A stretch of 64,000 nt of DNA. Origin: Candidatus Saccharimonadia bacterium. Its GTDB lineage: Bacteria > Patescibacteriota > Saccharimonadia > Saccharimonadales > JALRHH01. This document shows, piece after piece, positions 38,540-47,368 of the stretch (within the stretch, counting starts at the first letter, position 1; each line of letters opens with the position of its first letter). Made by a program: the position numbers and the translations under genes. The stretch lies in assembly GCA_023253175.1 (NCBI GenBank), contig JALRHH010000001.1:300020-364019 (forward strand). Direction: 5' to 3'. The notes below the pieces were generated by a model that worked only from the letters and a program-made list of their open reading frames with translations, did not search any database and was not told the origin of the DNA.

Positions 38540-38848
38540 ATGAGTTTATATGATTTGCAGAGAGACTTAGCGGACCATGATTCACGTAATTGGCTACATG
38601 AGCAGGGCTTTGAAACAGACAAGCATAATTTTTTGCATGTTGCTAAAACCGCAGGCAAAATTGCAACTCATTTAGAAGCCATTGATGATAAGAAAGAAGA
38701 TCCTAGCGCGCAACTAGACAGCATGGTTGTTGCAGATCTTGCTATCGAGGCCATGCGCTTTGCAAATAATAGTGGACGGAGTCTACAAGAACTTATCGAA
38801 GCGCGCATGGAGGAACTTCGAGAACGAGCTGCTCAGGCACAGAGTTAG
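38540..38848 (+). CDS. hypothetical protein, possibly an all-alpha MazG-like NTP pyrophosphohydrolase fold (102 aa, cassette 14)
   Basis: The pattern FLHVAKTAGKIATHLEAIDD..VVADLAIEAMRFAN..SLQELIEARMEEL loosely resembles MazG-type helices. Stop is the TAG of R12. Confidence 0.35.
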   Translation: MSLYDLQRDLADHDSRNWLHEQGFETDKHNFLHVAKTAGKIATHLEAIDDKKEDPSAQLDSMVVADLAIEAMRFANNSGRSLQELIEARMEELRERAAQAQS

Positions 38849-38916
38849 TTCGAATTTCGTCCACTAATGGGAGTCAAGCACAAGCACCTTGCTGAAAGGC
38901 AAGGTGCTTTTTTGTT
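38846..38916 (+). repeat. array repeat R12 (terminal; also serves as a bidirectional terminator)
   Basis: TAGTTCGAATTTCGTCCACTAATGGGAGTCAAGCACAAGCACCTTGCTGAAAGGCAAGGTGCTTTTTTGTTATGA, with a perfect 9-bp stem GCACCTTGC/GCAAGGTGC. Confidence 0.75.
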
Positions 38917-39742
38917 ATGATTCTAGCTCAAGGTTGATTAATCCATGTATGTGGCTGCTCAGCTTTGCCACACGCGCAGACCTGTCTCCATGCAGCAGTT
39001 CTACTTTATTAGGTGATAGATGAGCTCGATATAATGCTGCAATAGTATCAGCTACCTGGCTACGAAATCCGTCATCGACTACTCGCTTGCCATCATCTTC
39101 AAAGGCAACTTCTGTATGGTCAGTTAAAAGAATTTTGTCATAATGATCAGCGGCGAAAGCGTAAGCTTGCTCGGCTATAGAAATGGGGAAAGATGGCGTA
39201 GCAAGATCACTAATACTGGCTAAATTGGCCTGTGCATGGTTTTCTTTTGGTAGGCGTAACATCGCATAGCCAAATCCAGATAAAACACCACGATCGGTCA
39301 ATACCACACCTATAGCTTTTTCTCGATCGGGCTGTAGTTTACGCGCCATTGCTAACGCAGACATGCCCGCTCCTTGTGTGCGAGACATCGTTCGCAAGGT
39401 GATACTTGCTTGATCATCTTTGTTATAGCCTGTCGTAAGCATATTGCGCTGAGGATATAATGCATCTGTCTGTCGAGCTATCTCACCTACAATTACAATC
39501 GGCACGGTAATATTGTCAACTATTTCAGTAACACAAACTGTTGGGTAGTCATAATGATGGGTGCCACCAAAATCATCAATATCACCGTCAACCAGTAAAT
39601 CTTTGTCTTGTATATAATCTCTGATAACAGTGGTCTTGCCGGCGGAATGGGCTCCATCAACAGCAATCATTAAAGCATGCTCTTCAGAAGCTCCGATTGG
39701 CTTTTGCGCCAGGGATAAGTTTTCTGCCTCAAAATGCAACAT
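38915..39742 (-). CDS. P-loop NTPase (AAA/NadR-kinase-like ATPase)
   Basis: Walker A DGAHSAGKTT and Walker B-like ILLTDH. Convergent with the end of the cassette array. Confidence 0.55.
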   Translation of the reverse strand: MLHFEAENLSLAQKPIGASEEHALMIAVDGAHSAGKTTVIRDYIQDKDLLVDGDIDDFGGTHHYDYPTVCVTEIVDNITVPIVIVGEIARQTDALYPQRNMLTTGYNKDDQASITLRTMSRTQGAGMSALAMARKLQPDREKAIGVVLTDRGVLSGFGYAMLRLPKENHAQANLASISDLATPSFPISIAEQAYAFAADHYDKILLTDHTEVAFEDDGKRVVDDGFRSQVADTIAALYRAHLSPNKVELLHGDRSARVAKLSSHIHGLINLELES

Positions 39743-39833
39743 TGTAATATTATATCACAATTGTCAATATTTGGGGATTTTACCCTACATAAAAAATTTG
39801 ATAATAATATGTAATTGTTATATTGTAAATATC

Positions 39834-40460
39834 ATGACTATGTACAGCCCAGAAACTACTCCGGCCATCACATCATCAAGCAGTGATACGTTAGCAAGTC
39901 CTACATCATTACAGTGGCAAGCCGTTGCCCAAGAAATGCTACTATCGCCTCGACTAGTCGAAGTTGAAGAAAATGTTTTTTCAACCTGCCAAGATCCCCT
40001 TGAGAAGCTCGAGGAAAGACTCATGCGGGCCTGCGATACCAACACTCCGCTTGTTGAGATTTGCATAGCATCTGCCAAAGATTATGCAAATGCTAATCAG
40101 CTACGCGAGATGCTTGGCATTGAAGGAACTGTAGCAACAACACTTCAAATGGCCACAGGCAAAGAAGGGCTCGGTTACCTCGAAGGAAAAAAGATCGCTT
40201 TCAGGGGGCTGAAGTACGTAACGCGGCAGGAAGGCGGGCGGATCACGTATGGAGAGGAACTCACTACAGTTATGAACTATATGACATATAGCCGCTATGC
40301 CAACGATAGACGAGATGCATTCGGTCGTCTAACGGGATCATCATCGTTCCATATTTCTAGCGAGTACGAAAGCGGCTTTAGGCCTTGGCGTGATATTTCG
40401 CCAGAGGCGCGCAAATTCTTGATAGAGACTATAGACGCCTTCAGGGTCGCAAGCCTTTAA
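39834..40460 (+). CDS. hypothetical protein (208 aa)
   Basis: Start trimmed to ATG 39834 (MTMYSPETT). The upstream part of the track ORF overlaps the opposite-strand gene. Confidence 0.45.
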   Translation: MTMYSPETTPAITSSSSDTLASPTSLQWQAVAQEMLLSPRLVEVEENVFSTCQDPLEKLEERLMRACDTNTPLVEICIASAKDYANANQLREMLGIEGTVATTLQMATGKEGLGYLEGKKIAFRGLKYVTRQEGGRITYGEELTTVMNYMTYSRYANDRRDAFGRLTGSSSFHISSEYESGFRPWRDISPEARKFLIETIDAFRVASL

Positions 40461-40608
40461 TGGGCCGTGGCAGACGGTAAAATACCCACGCGAACCTTGC
40501 CACTAACAATACCCATCAATACTATTATATGAAAGCTCTCACTGGAAGAGGGTATTTATGTGGGGCTGGGGGCTAGGGTAAAAGTATCATATCTTGGGGA
40601 TATTTCGC

Positions 40609-41556
40609 CTATTTGACTTGAGGCACATCGCGGTAGAGCGAACCCTCTGATATCTTGCCAATCACCTCGTGGGCGCTTGTCACGACGATATACGCCCGTG
40701 GATCAATTTTGCGTATGGCAGCTTTGATCTTTTGTTCCTCAAAACGCGTAATGACTGCGAGCATTACACCGTGGGGTTCACGGTCATCGGGATTACTTTC
40801 CTTAACATACGTTACCGGCTCTTCGATCAGCTCGTTGATAACCTTGCCAAGATCACGTACCTGCAGGCTGACCACCCACATACAGCGCGACTCATCAAGG
40901 CCATCGACTGTCACATCAATCGCCTTATGAGCCACAAAATAAGCGATGAGCGAATACATTGCAGCGTCCCATCCAAACACCAGGCCGGCAACCGTAATAA
41001 TGATGCCATTGATGAAAAGAATTGCCTCCCCAACAGAAAATACGGTTACTCTGTCAATCAGGAGCGCCACTGTATCGGCACCATCAATGATCCCACCATA
41101 ACGCACGACGATTCCCACACCTGTACCGACTACCATACCACCAAAAACAGCCGCCAATATAGGTACATCGGTTAAGCCATGTGGTACATGTACAAATGTT
41201 AAAGCGGCAAGCGTTATGATGCCTATGATCGAGTAAACAGCAAAATTCCTTCCAAATTTCTTATACCCCAAGAAGATAAATGGCAGATTCAACACCACCA
41301 GAAATATGCCCAGTGGTAAACCCGACAGTTTTGCGCCCACGATCGCCGCACCAGTCACGCCACCGTCGATCAAATGATTTGGTAAAAGAAAAAACTGCAG
41401 ACCAACTGCAGTCAAAGAACTTCCCAGGAGAATAAGCCCAATTCTTTTTAGATGTTCTAGGCTGATAGGCTCCTCCTTTCTACTTATGTATATTCTAGCG
41501 CATACAGAGCATCGATGGTAGCTAGTCCACATAAGCCGAAGCCCTGGCATAAGCAT
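40609..41556 (-). CDS. YitT-family membrane protein (DUF2179 C-terminal domain)
   Basis: LLGSSLTAVGLQFFLLPNHLIDGGVTGAAIV, then a second repeat, then a soluble C-terminal domain. The true start is probably near 41470: an AGGAGG RBS sits at about 41475-41480 with TAGAAT upstream, but no ATG follows, so the 5' end is uncertain. Confidence 0.7.
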   Translation of the reverse strand: MLMPGLRLMWTSYHRCSVCARIYISRKEEPISLEHLKRIGLILLGSSLTAVGLQFFLLPNHLIDGGVTGAAIVGAKLSGLPLGIFLVVLNLPFIFLGYKKFGRNFAVYSIIGIITLAALTFVHVPHGLTDVPILAAVFGGMVVGTGVGIVVRYGGIIDGADTVALLIDRVTVFSVGEAILFINGIIITVAGLVFGWDAAMYSLIAYFVAHKAIDVTVDGLDESRCMWVVSLQVRDLGKVINELIEEPVTYVKESNPDDREPHGVMLAVITRFEEQKIKAAIRKIDPRAYIVVTSAHEVIGKISEGSLYRDVPQVK

Positions 41557-41650
41557 GTGAAGCGAGCAGCGGGTGTGTTTTATGCACCCTGCACTCTGTC
41601 TTAAGGTGCCGAAGCTTGCATTAGAAGTAAAATAGTTCCATAATAAAATT

Positions 41651-41863
41651 ATGGATACGCCAGAGCAAACACCTATTTACGAGAAACTGCATGAGGATTT
41701 TATAGCGAGAGACATGCGCGTGCGTAATGCTGCGCATAAGCTTCCTTCAATTTTGACCGATATCGATTGGGATAGCCCCTTGGCAATTGACACAATGTAT
41801 CGTCATGAATTGCCCGACGGAACCGTATTTTATAGTCAATCTGATAGTCCGCTCTATCAGTAA
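41651..41863 (+). CDS. hypothetical protein (70 aa)
   Basis: ORF only. Confidence 0.35.
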   Translation: MDTPEQTPIYEKLHEDFIARDMRVRNAAHKLPSILTDIDWDSPLAIDTMYRHELPDGTVFYSQSDSPLYQ

Positions 41864-41907
41864 TACACCATTGGTTCGATATTCCTCAAATATGCCTCAC
41901 GACGATC

Positions 41908-42342
41908 TTATTCCGCGGCAAGATCGGGATAAAATTCAACAGTCCATTCAATGCCAAATTTATCCCTGAACATACCAAAATACGTACTCCAAGGGCTGTC
42001 ACTCATCGGCATTTCGACAGTTCCGCCTACCGTAAGACCAGCAAATATCCTATCCGCTTCTTCGCGGCTTTCGGTGCTGATGGCTATCTTTGACCTATTT
42101 TCATTTTCGCTGACATGCCCCAGCGCAGCTGGAACATCGTTAGCGATTAAAACATTGGCGCCAATAGGCAGCACGATACGCATAATTTTATCTGCTTCGT
42201 CTTGTGGCACAGGGAATTCTGGTCCTTCTAGGTCTTTAAACCGTATAACTGTTTCAAACTCCCCACCAAACACAGATTTGTAAAAGTTGAAGGCCTCTTC
42301 GGCATTACCATTGAAGTTAATATAAGGATTAATAGTTGCCAT
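41908..42342 (-). CDS. VOC-superfamily (glyoxalase/PhnB-like) protein
   Basis: INPYINFNGNAEEAFNFYKSVFGG and FGMFRDKFGIEW are the typical PhnB/YjdN pattern. Confidence 0.75.
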   Translation of the reverse strand: MATINPYINFNGNAEEAFNFYKSVFGGEFETVIRFKDLEGPEFPVPQDEADKIMRIVLPIGANVLIANDVPAALGHVSENENRSKIAISTESREEADRIFAGLTVGGTVEMPMSDSPWSTYFGMFRDKFGIEWTVEFYPDLAAE

Positions 42343-42464
42343 AAGCTGTCTCCTTAAGAGGGTATTATATTTCTAGTTCTATTTTAACAAGTGTATAGAT
42401 TGCCAGGGAACGACGTCGCCGGGGTGTTTGCTACAATATTTTCATATAATCAGGAGAAACTGTA

Positions 42465-43103
42465 ATGGCAACAAGCCACATTATGGTTTTTGGAGGCGGC
42501 ACAGTTACCAGAGCAGACGGTAATATACAGCTGCACGCAAGAAGCCTAGAACGTGCCGAAAGGGTCATTGAGTATTACCACGAACATAAAGATTTGTTCT
42601 CGAATACTTCTACACAGAGACCTTTTATTCTTTGCACAGGCGGATTTGGATTGTTATCGGCTGGAGTCAAAACCCTAGAAAATCATGAACGTGAATCCGT
42701 GCTCATGGCTACTCATCTTGTAGCAAGGGGAGGTATACCAGAGGAAATTATTTTACTCGAGAAAGATTCCACGAGTACGCTTACCAACTGGACTAATAGC
42801 CTCCGACTTTACAAAGACTTGATTGATCCCAGGAACTTTTCTAAGTACGCAAAGCTGGGACTTGTATCACATCCATACCATCTCGAGCGTGTTGTTTTTC
42901 TAGCCGAAAAACTTGGGTACAAGAAAGAGCACCTAGAGCTCATTCCCACTACCCAGCTGGATAACGAAGAATACGAAGCTTCGTTACTTGCGGCATACAA
43001 GGATTATTTGAAAGAGGCCTTTAGTCCTTCTGAAATGATAGCGCAAGAAAATGCCTTGGCACAAAATAGAGAACTACTGACTCACCTTCGCAGCCTACAG
43101 TAA
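42465..43103 (+). CDS. DUF218 (YdcF/ElyC/SanA-like) protein
   Basis: ILCTGGFG, LEKDSTSTLTN and LVSHPYHLERV. Confidence 0.7.
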   Translation: MATSHIMVFGGGTVTRADGNIQLHARSLERAERVIEYYHEHKDLFSNTSTQRPFILCTGGFGLLSAGVKTLENHERESVLMATHLVARGGIPEEIILLEKDSTSTLTNWTNSLRLYKDLIDPRNFSKYAKLGLVSHPYHLERVVFLAEKLGYKKEHLELIPTTQLDNEEYEASLLAAYKDYLKEAFSPSEMIAQENALAQNRELLTHLRSLQ

Positions 43104-43209
43104 ATACTGGGTACACCTCCCAACCGTCGTGGGCGCTTTAACCCTCACTGATATTTAAGAAGGATTATTAGACATTGATATTGATGATTATATATTGTAT
43201 AATTAGTTT

Positions 43210-43695
43210 ATGAAAGCAGTAGATATTGCAGATTCTAATGATCTCGAGACACTTCGTGAGGTTACGCTTTGGATGATTGAAGACCACCTTCCTACATACG
43301 AAGACAGAGAGTTTGCAGATGCTAAGAAAGCCGAGATCGAGGACGAAGGCGGCGTAGCCTTTGATGTTTTGTATGCTAGGCTTGGCCAGACAGGCTGTGT
43401 GGGGTTGGACAGAGATTATCTTGGATCAATGCTCCTACGACTTAAGGAAGGCGTCGATGCGGTGACTAATGTCCGCGAGCAAATCGAAATAGTAGACGCC
43501 ATTGCTAACGCACTCATGCATGACACAAGTAGGAAGTCACTTGACCGCCATCCGACAATCCCACCAAGGAATGTACTTGATGGAGAGTTCGGCCCAGAAA
43601 TGCAACACGAATTCCTACGCGGTGCGCTATATGGCGTCTCTCTCATGTATGAGGCGTCTTTGATCGAACGACTAGTTTCTGTAAATCCCGAGTAA
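43210..43695 (+). CDS. hypothetical protein (161 aa)
   Basis: ORF only. Confidence 0.45.
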   Translation: MKAVDIADSNDLETLREVTLWMIEDHLPTYEDREFADAKKAEIEDEGGVAFDVLYARLGQTGCVGLDRDYLGSMLLRLKEGVDAVTNVREQIEIVDAIANALMHDTSRKSLDRHPTIPPRNVLDGEFGPEMQHEFLRGALYGVSLMYEASLIERLVSVNPE

Positions 43696-43731
43696 CGTCC
43701 TTTAAATCACATTTGGATATGCCATAATAAT

Positions 43732-44172
43732 TTGATGAAAGAGATGCAATTATTTACGGAAATAATCGCTGCAAAAGAAAAAGTATGGGATACATTATGG
43801 GAGGATGCAACATTCCGGCAGTGGGCTGGAATCATTGATCCTGGCACCTATATGAAGGGCGAACTTAAAGAGGGAAGTGAAGTAGAGTTTATCTCTGCAG
43901 AAAATGGCTACGGCGTAACGAGTCTGGTTGAAAAAGTCGTTCCAAATGAGTTTCTGTTATTGAGGCACCACGCGGACACGCAAGATGCTGGCACTGCCGA
44001 ACGAGACAAACAGTGGACTGGCGGCGCAGAGACTTATGAATTATCAGGCAGTAGCCACACCACTCTTTTGACGGTTACGTTTGACGTACCAACCGAGCTC
44101 GAAGATTATTTTAAAGATACTTATCCAAAGGCACTAGAAAAGGTCAAAACGCTCGCTGAACAAAATAGCTAA
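43732..44172 (+). CDS. SRPBCC/AHSA1-like domain protein
   Basis: IIAAKEKVWDTLWEDATFRQWAG at the N-terminus and a size of about 145 aa. Confidence 0.55.
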   Translation: MMKEMQLFTEIIAAKEKVWDTLWEDATFRQWAGIIDPGTYMKGELKEGSEVEFISAENGYGVTSLVEKVVPNEFLLLRHHADTQDAGTAERDKQWTGGAETYELSGSSHTTLLTVTFDVPTELEDYFKDTYPKALEKVKTLAEQNS

Positions 44173-44227
44173 CGTAAATTACCCGCCACTATGAGCTTCC
44201 GACAGAACCATTCATTTTGTTAAATAT

Positions 44228-44518
44228 ATGACTGCGCGGTTTGACGCTATAATTCATACTTTTGCTGTTAATGGAGAAGATCACATGGTAGACCGAATTA
44301 TCGAACGCACTGAAACCGAAGCTCCACGCGAGCCTGTCGTTATTCACGAGGACAGAGAACCTCATAGTAGTAATACCGGCCTCATAATCGCTATTATCGT
44401 CATAGTATTACTACTGCTTTTCTTCTTTGGGGGTAGTCTCTTCGGCGGTGGGGGTGGTGGTTCCACACCAACGAACAACACCAATATTCAAACACCGAGT
44501 CCCAGCCAGGGACAATAG
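44228..44518 (+). CDS. small single-pass membrane protein with a Gly-rich tail
   Basis: GLIIAIIVIVLLLLFFFGGSLFGGGGGGS. Confidence 0.4.
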   Translation: MTARFDAIIHTFAVNGEDHMVDRIIERTETEAPREPVVIHEDREPHSSNTGLIIAIIVIVLLLLFFFGGSLFGGGGGGSTPTNNTNIQTPSPSQGQ

Positions 44519-44542
44519 TATTAAGCGTGCCATAATAAAGGC

Positions 44543-44830
44543 ATGGTTAAAAAAGGTAGAATCCGCCAATACCTGAATTGGTCCTTTCAAGGCGAGGAGG
44601 GTAAGTGGGTTATTGTTCAGGTACCAAACATACTACTCATACTTTGGCTTGTGCTCACGCTCGGCGCAAGGCTGGTTGATGGCGGCACTCTCAAATATGG
44701 GATTGCCCTTTTTCGAGAAGCCGTGCTTTTTGCATGGAGTTATCTTGAAGTTACTACTGGCGACAGCAAGTTCAGAAAAGTACTGGGCGTAACTGTTATG
44801 GCCGCAGTTATTGTTGGCTTCTTTAGATAG
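44543..44830 (+). CDS. small membrane protein (95 aa)
   Basis: Two or three hydrophobic helices. Confidence 0.4.
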   Translation: MVKKGRIRQYLNWSFQGEEGKWVIVQVPNILLILWLVLTLGARLVDGGTLKYGIALFREAVLFAWSYLEVTTGDSKFRKVLGVTVMAAVIVGFFR

Positions 44831-45163
44831 TTAATCTGTTTACAAAACATTGTTTTTGTATTATTAAATATATATGGAAAAAGACCTTGTTCCAAATGAC
44901 AGCACAGAAGAAATATTCACGATTACAAGTATCGGACTTCCTGATCATGTTGAAGAAATTCAGTGTGCGCATGTTGGGCTCAAGGAAATATATGCAAAGT
45001 GGGGAAGCAAAGAAGGTGTACTACTGGGCGCCGAAAATTCTGTTACCTTAATTTATTTATAGCAATATATGTTTCTATAACTATCCTTGCAAATACAGTT
45101 CGTCCGCGCGCTTACTGCCATGCTAAAATTAGCCCGGAAATAAACTACCTAAGTAGGAGCTTC

Positions 45164-46069
45164 ATGAAACAATTACTAGCAATCGTAGCGGCAACCGTAT
45201 TAGCCGTTATTACTCCATTAACCTCTACTGTTAGCGCAGCCGGAAACAGTGCACCAATTCTATGGGTTCATGGTTCTCAGGCAAGTAGCACCTGTCCAAT
45301 CGTAGACTCCAAAAAGCAGTCAACTCCGTTCAAGAACGTGCTCACCAAGCGTGCGTACACAGGACCCCTAGTGCCAATTGATTACTACTGCGGTGACAAG
45401 ACCGGCGTATCAATTAGGGGCGCAGGTGGCCCATCGACTGAACAGTACCCTCAGAACGGATACACCCAGGAGACTCCTATCGAACGTCTCGGGCTCGACC
45501 TTGCATGGTTCATATACAACACGTACACCATCAATGGACAGTCCGTAAATATTGCTAGCGCATCGATGGGTGGACTTATCACGATGTATGCTGTCACACA
45601 CACTGGCACGGACGTGTTTCCTCCATACCTTCTTGTCGATAACGTCTTAACCTTTTCGACACCATTTGGCGGTGTTGATAAGCCAACTGTTGGAACCGAG
45701 GCGCAGTACGTAAAAATGATTTGCGGCGTCAAGACGCAGTGTAATCAGATGATATCTGGGTCTGCGTTCCTACAGGAACTCACCAGCCAACCAATCCCAG
45801 CAGAAATCGATGTCACGACCATTGGTGGTGGCCAACGCGACATCCTCAGCTTCACTTCATCAAGCGCCATCAGTGCGGACCACAAGGTTAACTTTTACAA
45901 TATATACCCTATTGCATACGATCATGCGGGTTACCTCAACGATCAGAACCTAACCTACAACATGTCGGCAGAAATTACCGAAGGCCAGGGAACACCAGTC
46001 CGATATACCAATGGCAAGCCACACTCACTTGAATGGGCCTACCGCGCCATGACTTCGACCACTTGGTAA
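45164..46069 (+). CDS. secreted alpha/beta hydrolase (lipase/esterase-like)
   Basis: Signal peptide MKQLLAIVAATVLAVITPLTSTVSA and nucleophile elbow ASASMGG. Start trimmed to ATG 45164, which follows an AGGAG RBS. Confidence 0.6.
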   Translation: MKQLLAIVAATVLAVITPLTSTVSAAGNSAPILWVHGSQASSTCPIVDSKKQSTPFKNVLTKRAYTGPLVPIDYYCGDKTGVSIRGAGGPSTEQYPQNGYTQETPIERLGLDLAWFIYNTYTINGQSVNIASASMGGLITMYAVTHTGTDVFPPYLLVDNVLTFSTPFGGVDKPTVGTEAQYVKMICGVKTQCNQMISGSAFLQELTSQPIPAEIDVTTIGGGQRDILSFTSSSAISADHKVNFYNIYPIAYDHAGYLNDQNLTYNMSAEITEGQGTPVRYTNGKPHSLEWAYRAMTSTTW

Positions 46070-46136
46070 TAAACACCTAAAAATACAAGATAACCCTTTA
46101 CGATAAGGGGTATTTTACTTTGTTATACTATCAAAT

Positions 46137-47351
46137 ATGAGTATTCACCAGAGGGTATTTGCGCCGTTTTACATCAAAACGAGCGAGGAAGACTACGCTG
46201 TAGACATTAATTCGCTTGTCATGCGTCTACTACTTTTTGACCATTACACGATCGACTCTCCATTAATGCGTGATCTTGCGCTTATAACTCAGAACTTTGG
46301 TATTCAGGGCGCGGAAGATTTGCTTAAATCTGGCGTCATAAGCATTCATACTGACGCAATATCCATGGCAATTATGGAACGTACTGACGAGCTCGGCCAC
46401 CGAAAGGCGGTTAACTATCAGACTAATCAACTTCTACCGTACAACCACTACGATCCAATCGTTATCCAACCTGCCGACCGGGACGACTATCTTGAGTCTG
46501 GCTTTAGTAATATCGATAAACTGTCGTTTTCAAGTGCAGAACTTTCCAGCTACAAAAATGCCATCCTGGATACGGTGATCAAGCGAGAGCAAAGTATTGG
46601 CATGGTACCGGAGGCCAAGGAAGCGATTGGCGGCAGTAATGAAATCGCAAAAAGCGCCGTCCTATTGGCGCTTTCAGACCGAGGGCATGCTATACCTAAT
46701 CCTGCTGCGCTGCAGGTGACTTTCTACCTAGACGGCCCAAATATCATTAGCGCCGAATCAAACATACGAGAACTCGTTGCCATGAACAATTACGAGCAGC
46801 ACAAGGTTCTAGAGTCAGCAATCCTAAAGATCTATGCCTACTTCCAGCGCATCGGACTCATGAAAGAATATAATTCCATCGCCTGGTTTAATGACCAAGA
46901 TTCGACGCTGCTTAGGAAAAATGTTCAGCTCATATCTGACACCATAGCCAGCAACACTCAAGAAGAGCAGTTCACGCGCATCGTAGAACTTAAAAATCTG
47001 CCGCTTCTTGATAACGAACAGCAGATTGACGTGCACCAATTACTACGCCTCAGGGATTCTAGGGAATGCAAAGAATTCCGGGAATGGCTCAAAACAAACG
47101 ATGCCAAAAGTGATGCTGACATTTTGGCGGAAGTAAACTCACTACGGCAGGCGTTTGCGCGAGCGCTGACCAGCCGGCGGTCCAAAACAGCCCGGTTCAT
47201 CATGGCAGGGGCGATCGGAACCGTAAATCCTGCAGCCGGGGCAATACTTGGCGCGGTAGACTTTTTCCTCATTGATGAACTACTGAAAGAAAGTGGCCCA
47301 ATTTCATTCATCAACAATTCACTCCCGGAGCTCGCTGGTGGCAACTTATAA
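46137..47351 (+). CDS. hypothetical protein (404 aa)
   Basis: ORF only. Confidence 0.5.
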   Translation: MSIHQRVFAPFYIKTSEEDYAVDINSLVMRLLLFDHYTIDSPLMRDLALITQNFGIQGAEDLLKSGVISIHTDAISMAIMERTDELGHRKAVNYQTNQLLPYNHYDPIVIQPADRDDYLESGFSNIDKLSFSSAELSSYKNAILDTVIKREQSIGMVPEAKEAIGGSNEIAKSAVLLALSDRGHAIPNPAALQVTFYLDGPNIISAESNIRELVAMNNYEQHKVLESAILKIYAYFQRIGLMKEYNSIAWFNDQDSTLLRKNVQLISDTIASNTQEEQFTRIVELKNLPLLDNEQQIDVHQLLRLRDSRECKEFREWLKTNDAKSDADILAEVNSLRQAFARALTSRRSKTARFIMAGAIGTVNPAAGAILGAVDFFLIDELLKESGPISFINNSLPELAGGNL

Positions 47352-47368
47352 CCTGCTATTATTAATCT

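Larger units (their letters stand above)
30995..38916 (+). mobile_element. tRNA-Asn-anchored array of about 14 co-oriented cassettes separated by hairpin repeats derived from the tRNA 3' end (integron-like architecture, no recombinase in window)
   Basis: 15 copies of the repeat family are listed below. Each interval contains one plus-strand gene or a non-coding unit. Confidence 0.65.

Noticed and set aside
30995-38916. Reading the repeat array as a CRISPR locus
   Set aside because: The intervals are 0.1-1.2 kb and protein-coding rather than 25-50 bp spacers. The repeats are about 60-85 bp, imperfect and of variable length. No cas genes are present.
30995-38916. Calling it a classical integron or CALIN
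   Set aside because: There is no intI or attI. The inverted cores (AAGCATAA / TTATGCTT) only loosely resemble RYYYAAC / GTTRRRY. The cassettes appear to carry their own promoters, and the repeat derives from a tRNA 3' end. I therefore report it as integron-like in architecture only.
44874-45163. 62-aa ORF 44874-45062 and the N-terminal extension 44963-45163 of the lipase ORF
   Set aside because: The extension precedes an obvious RBS and signal peptide at 45164. The 62-aa ORF has no supporting signal and overlaps the extension. It may be real, but it is unsupported.
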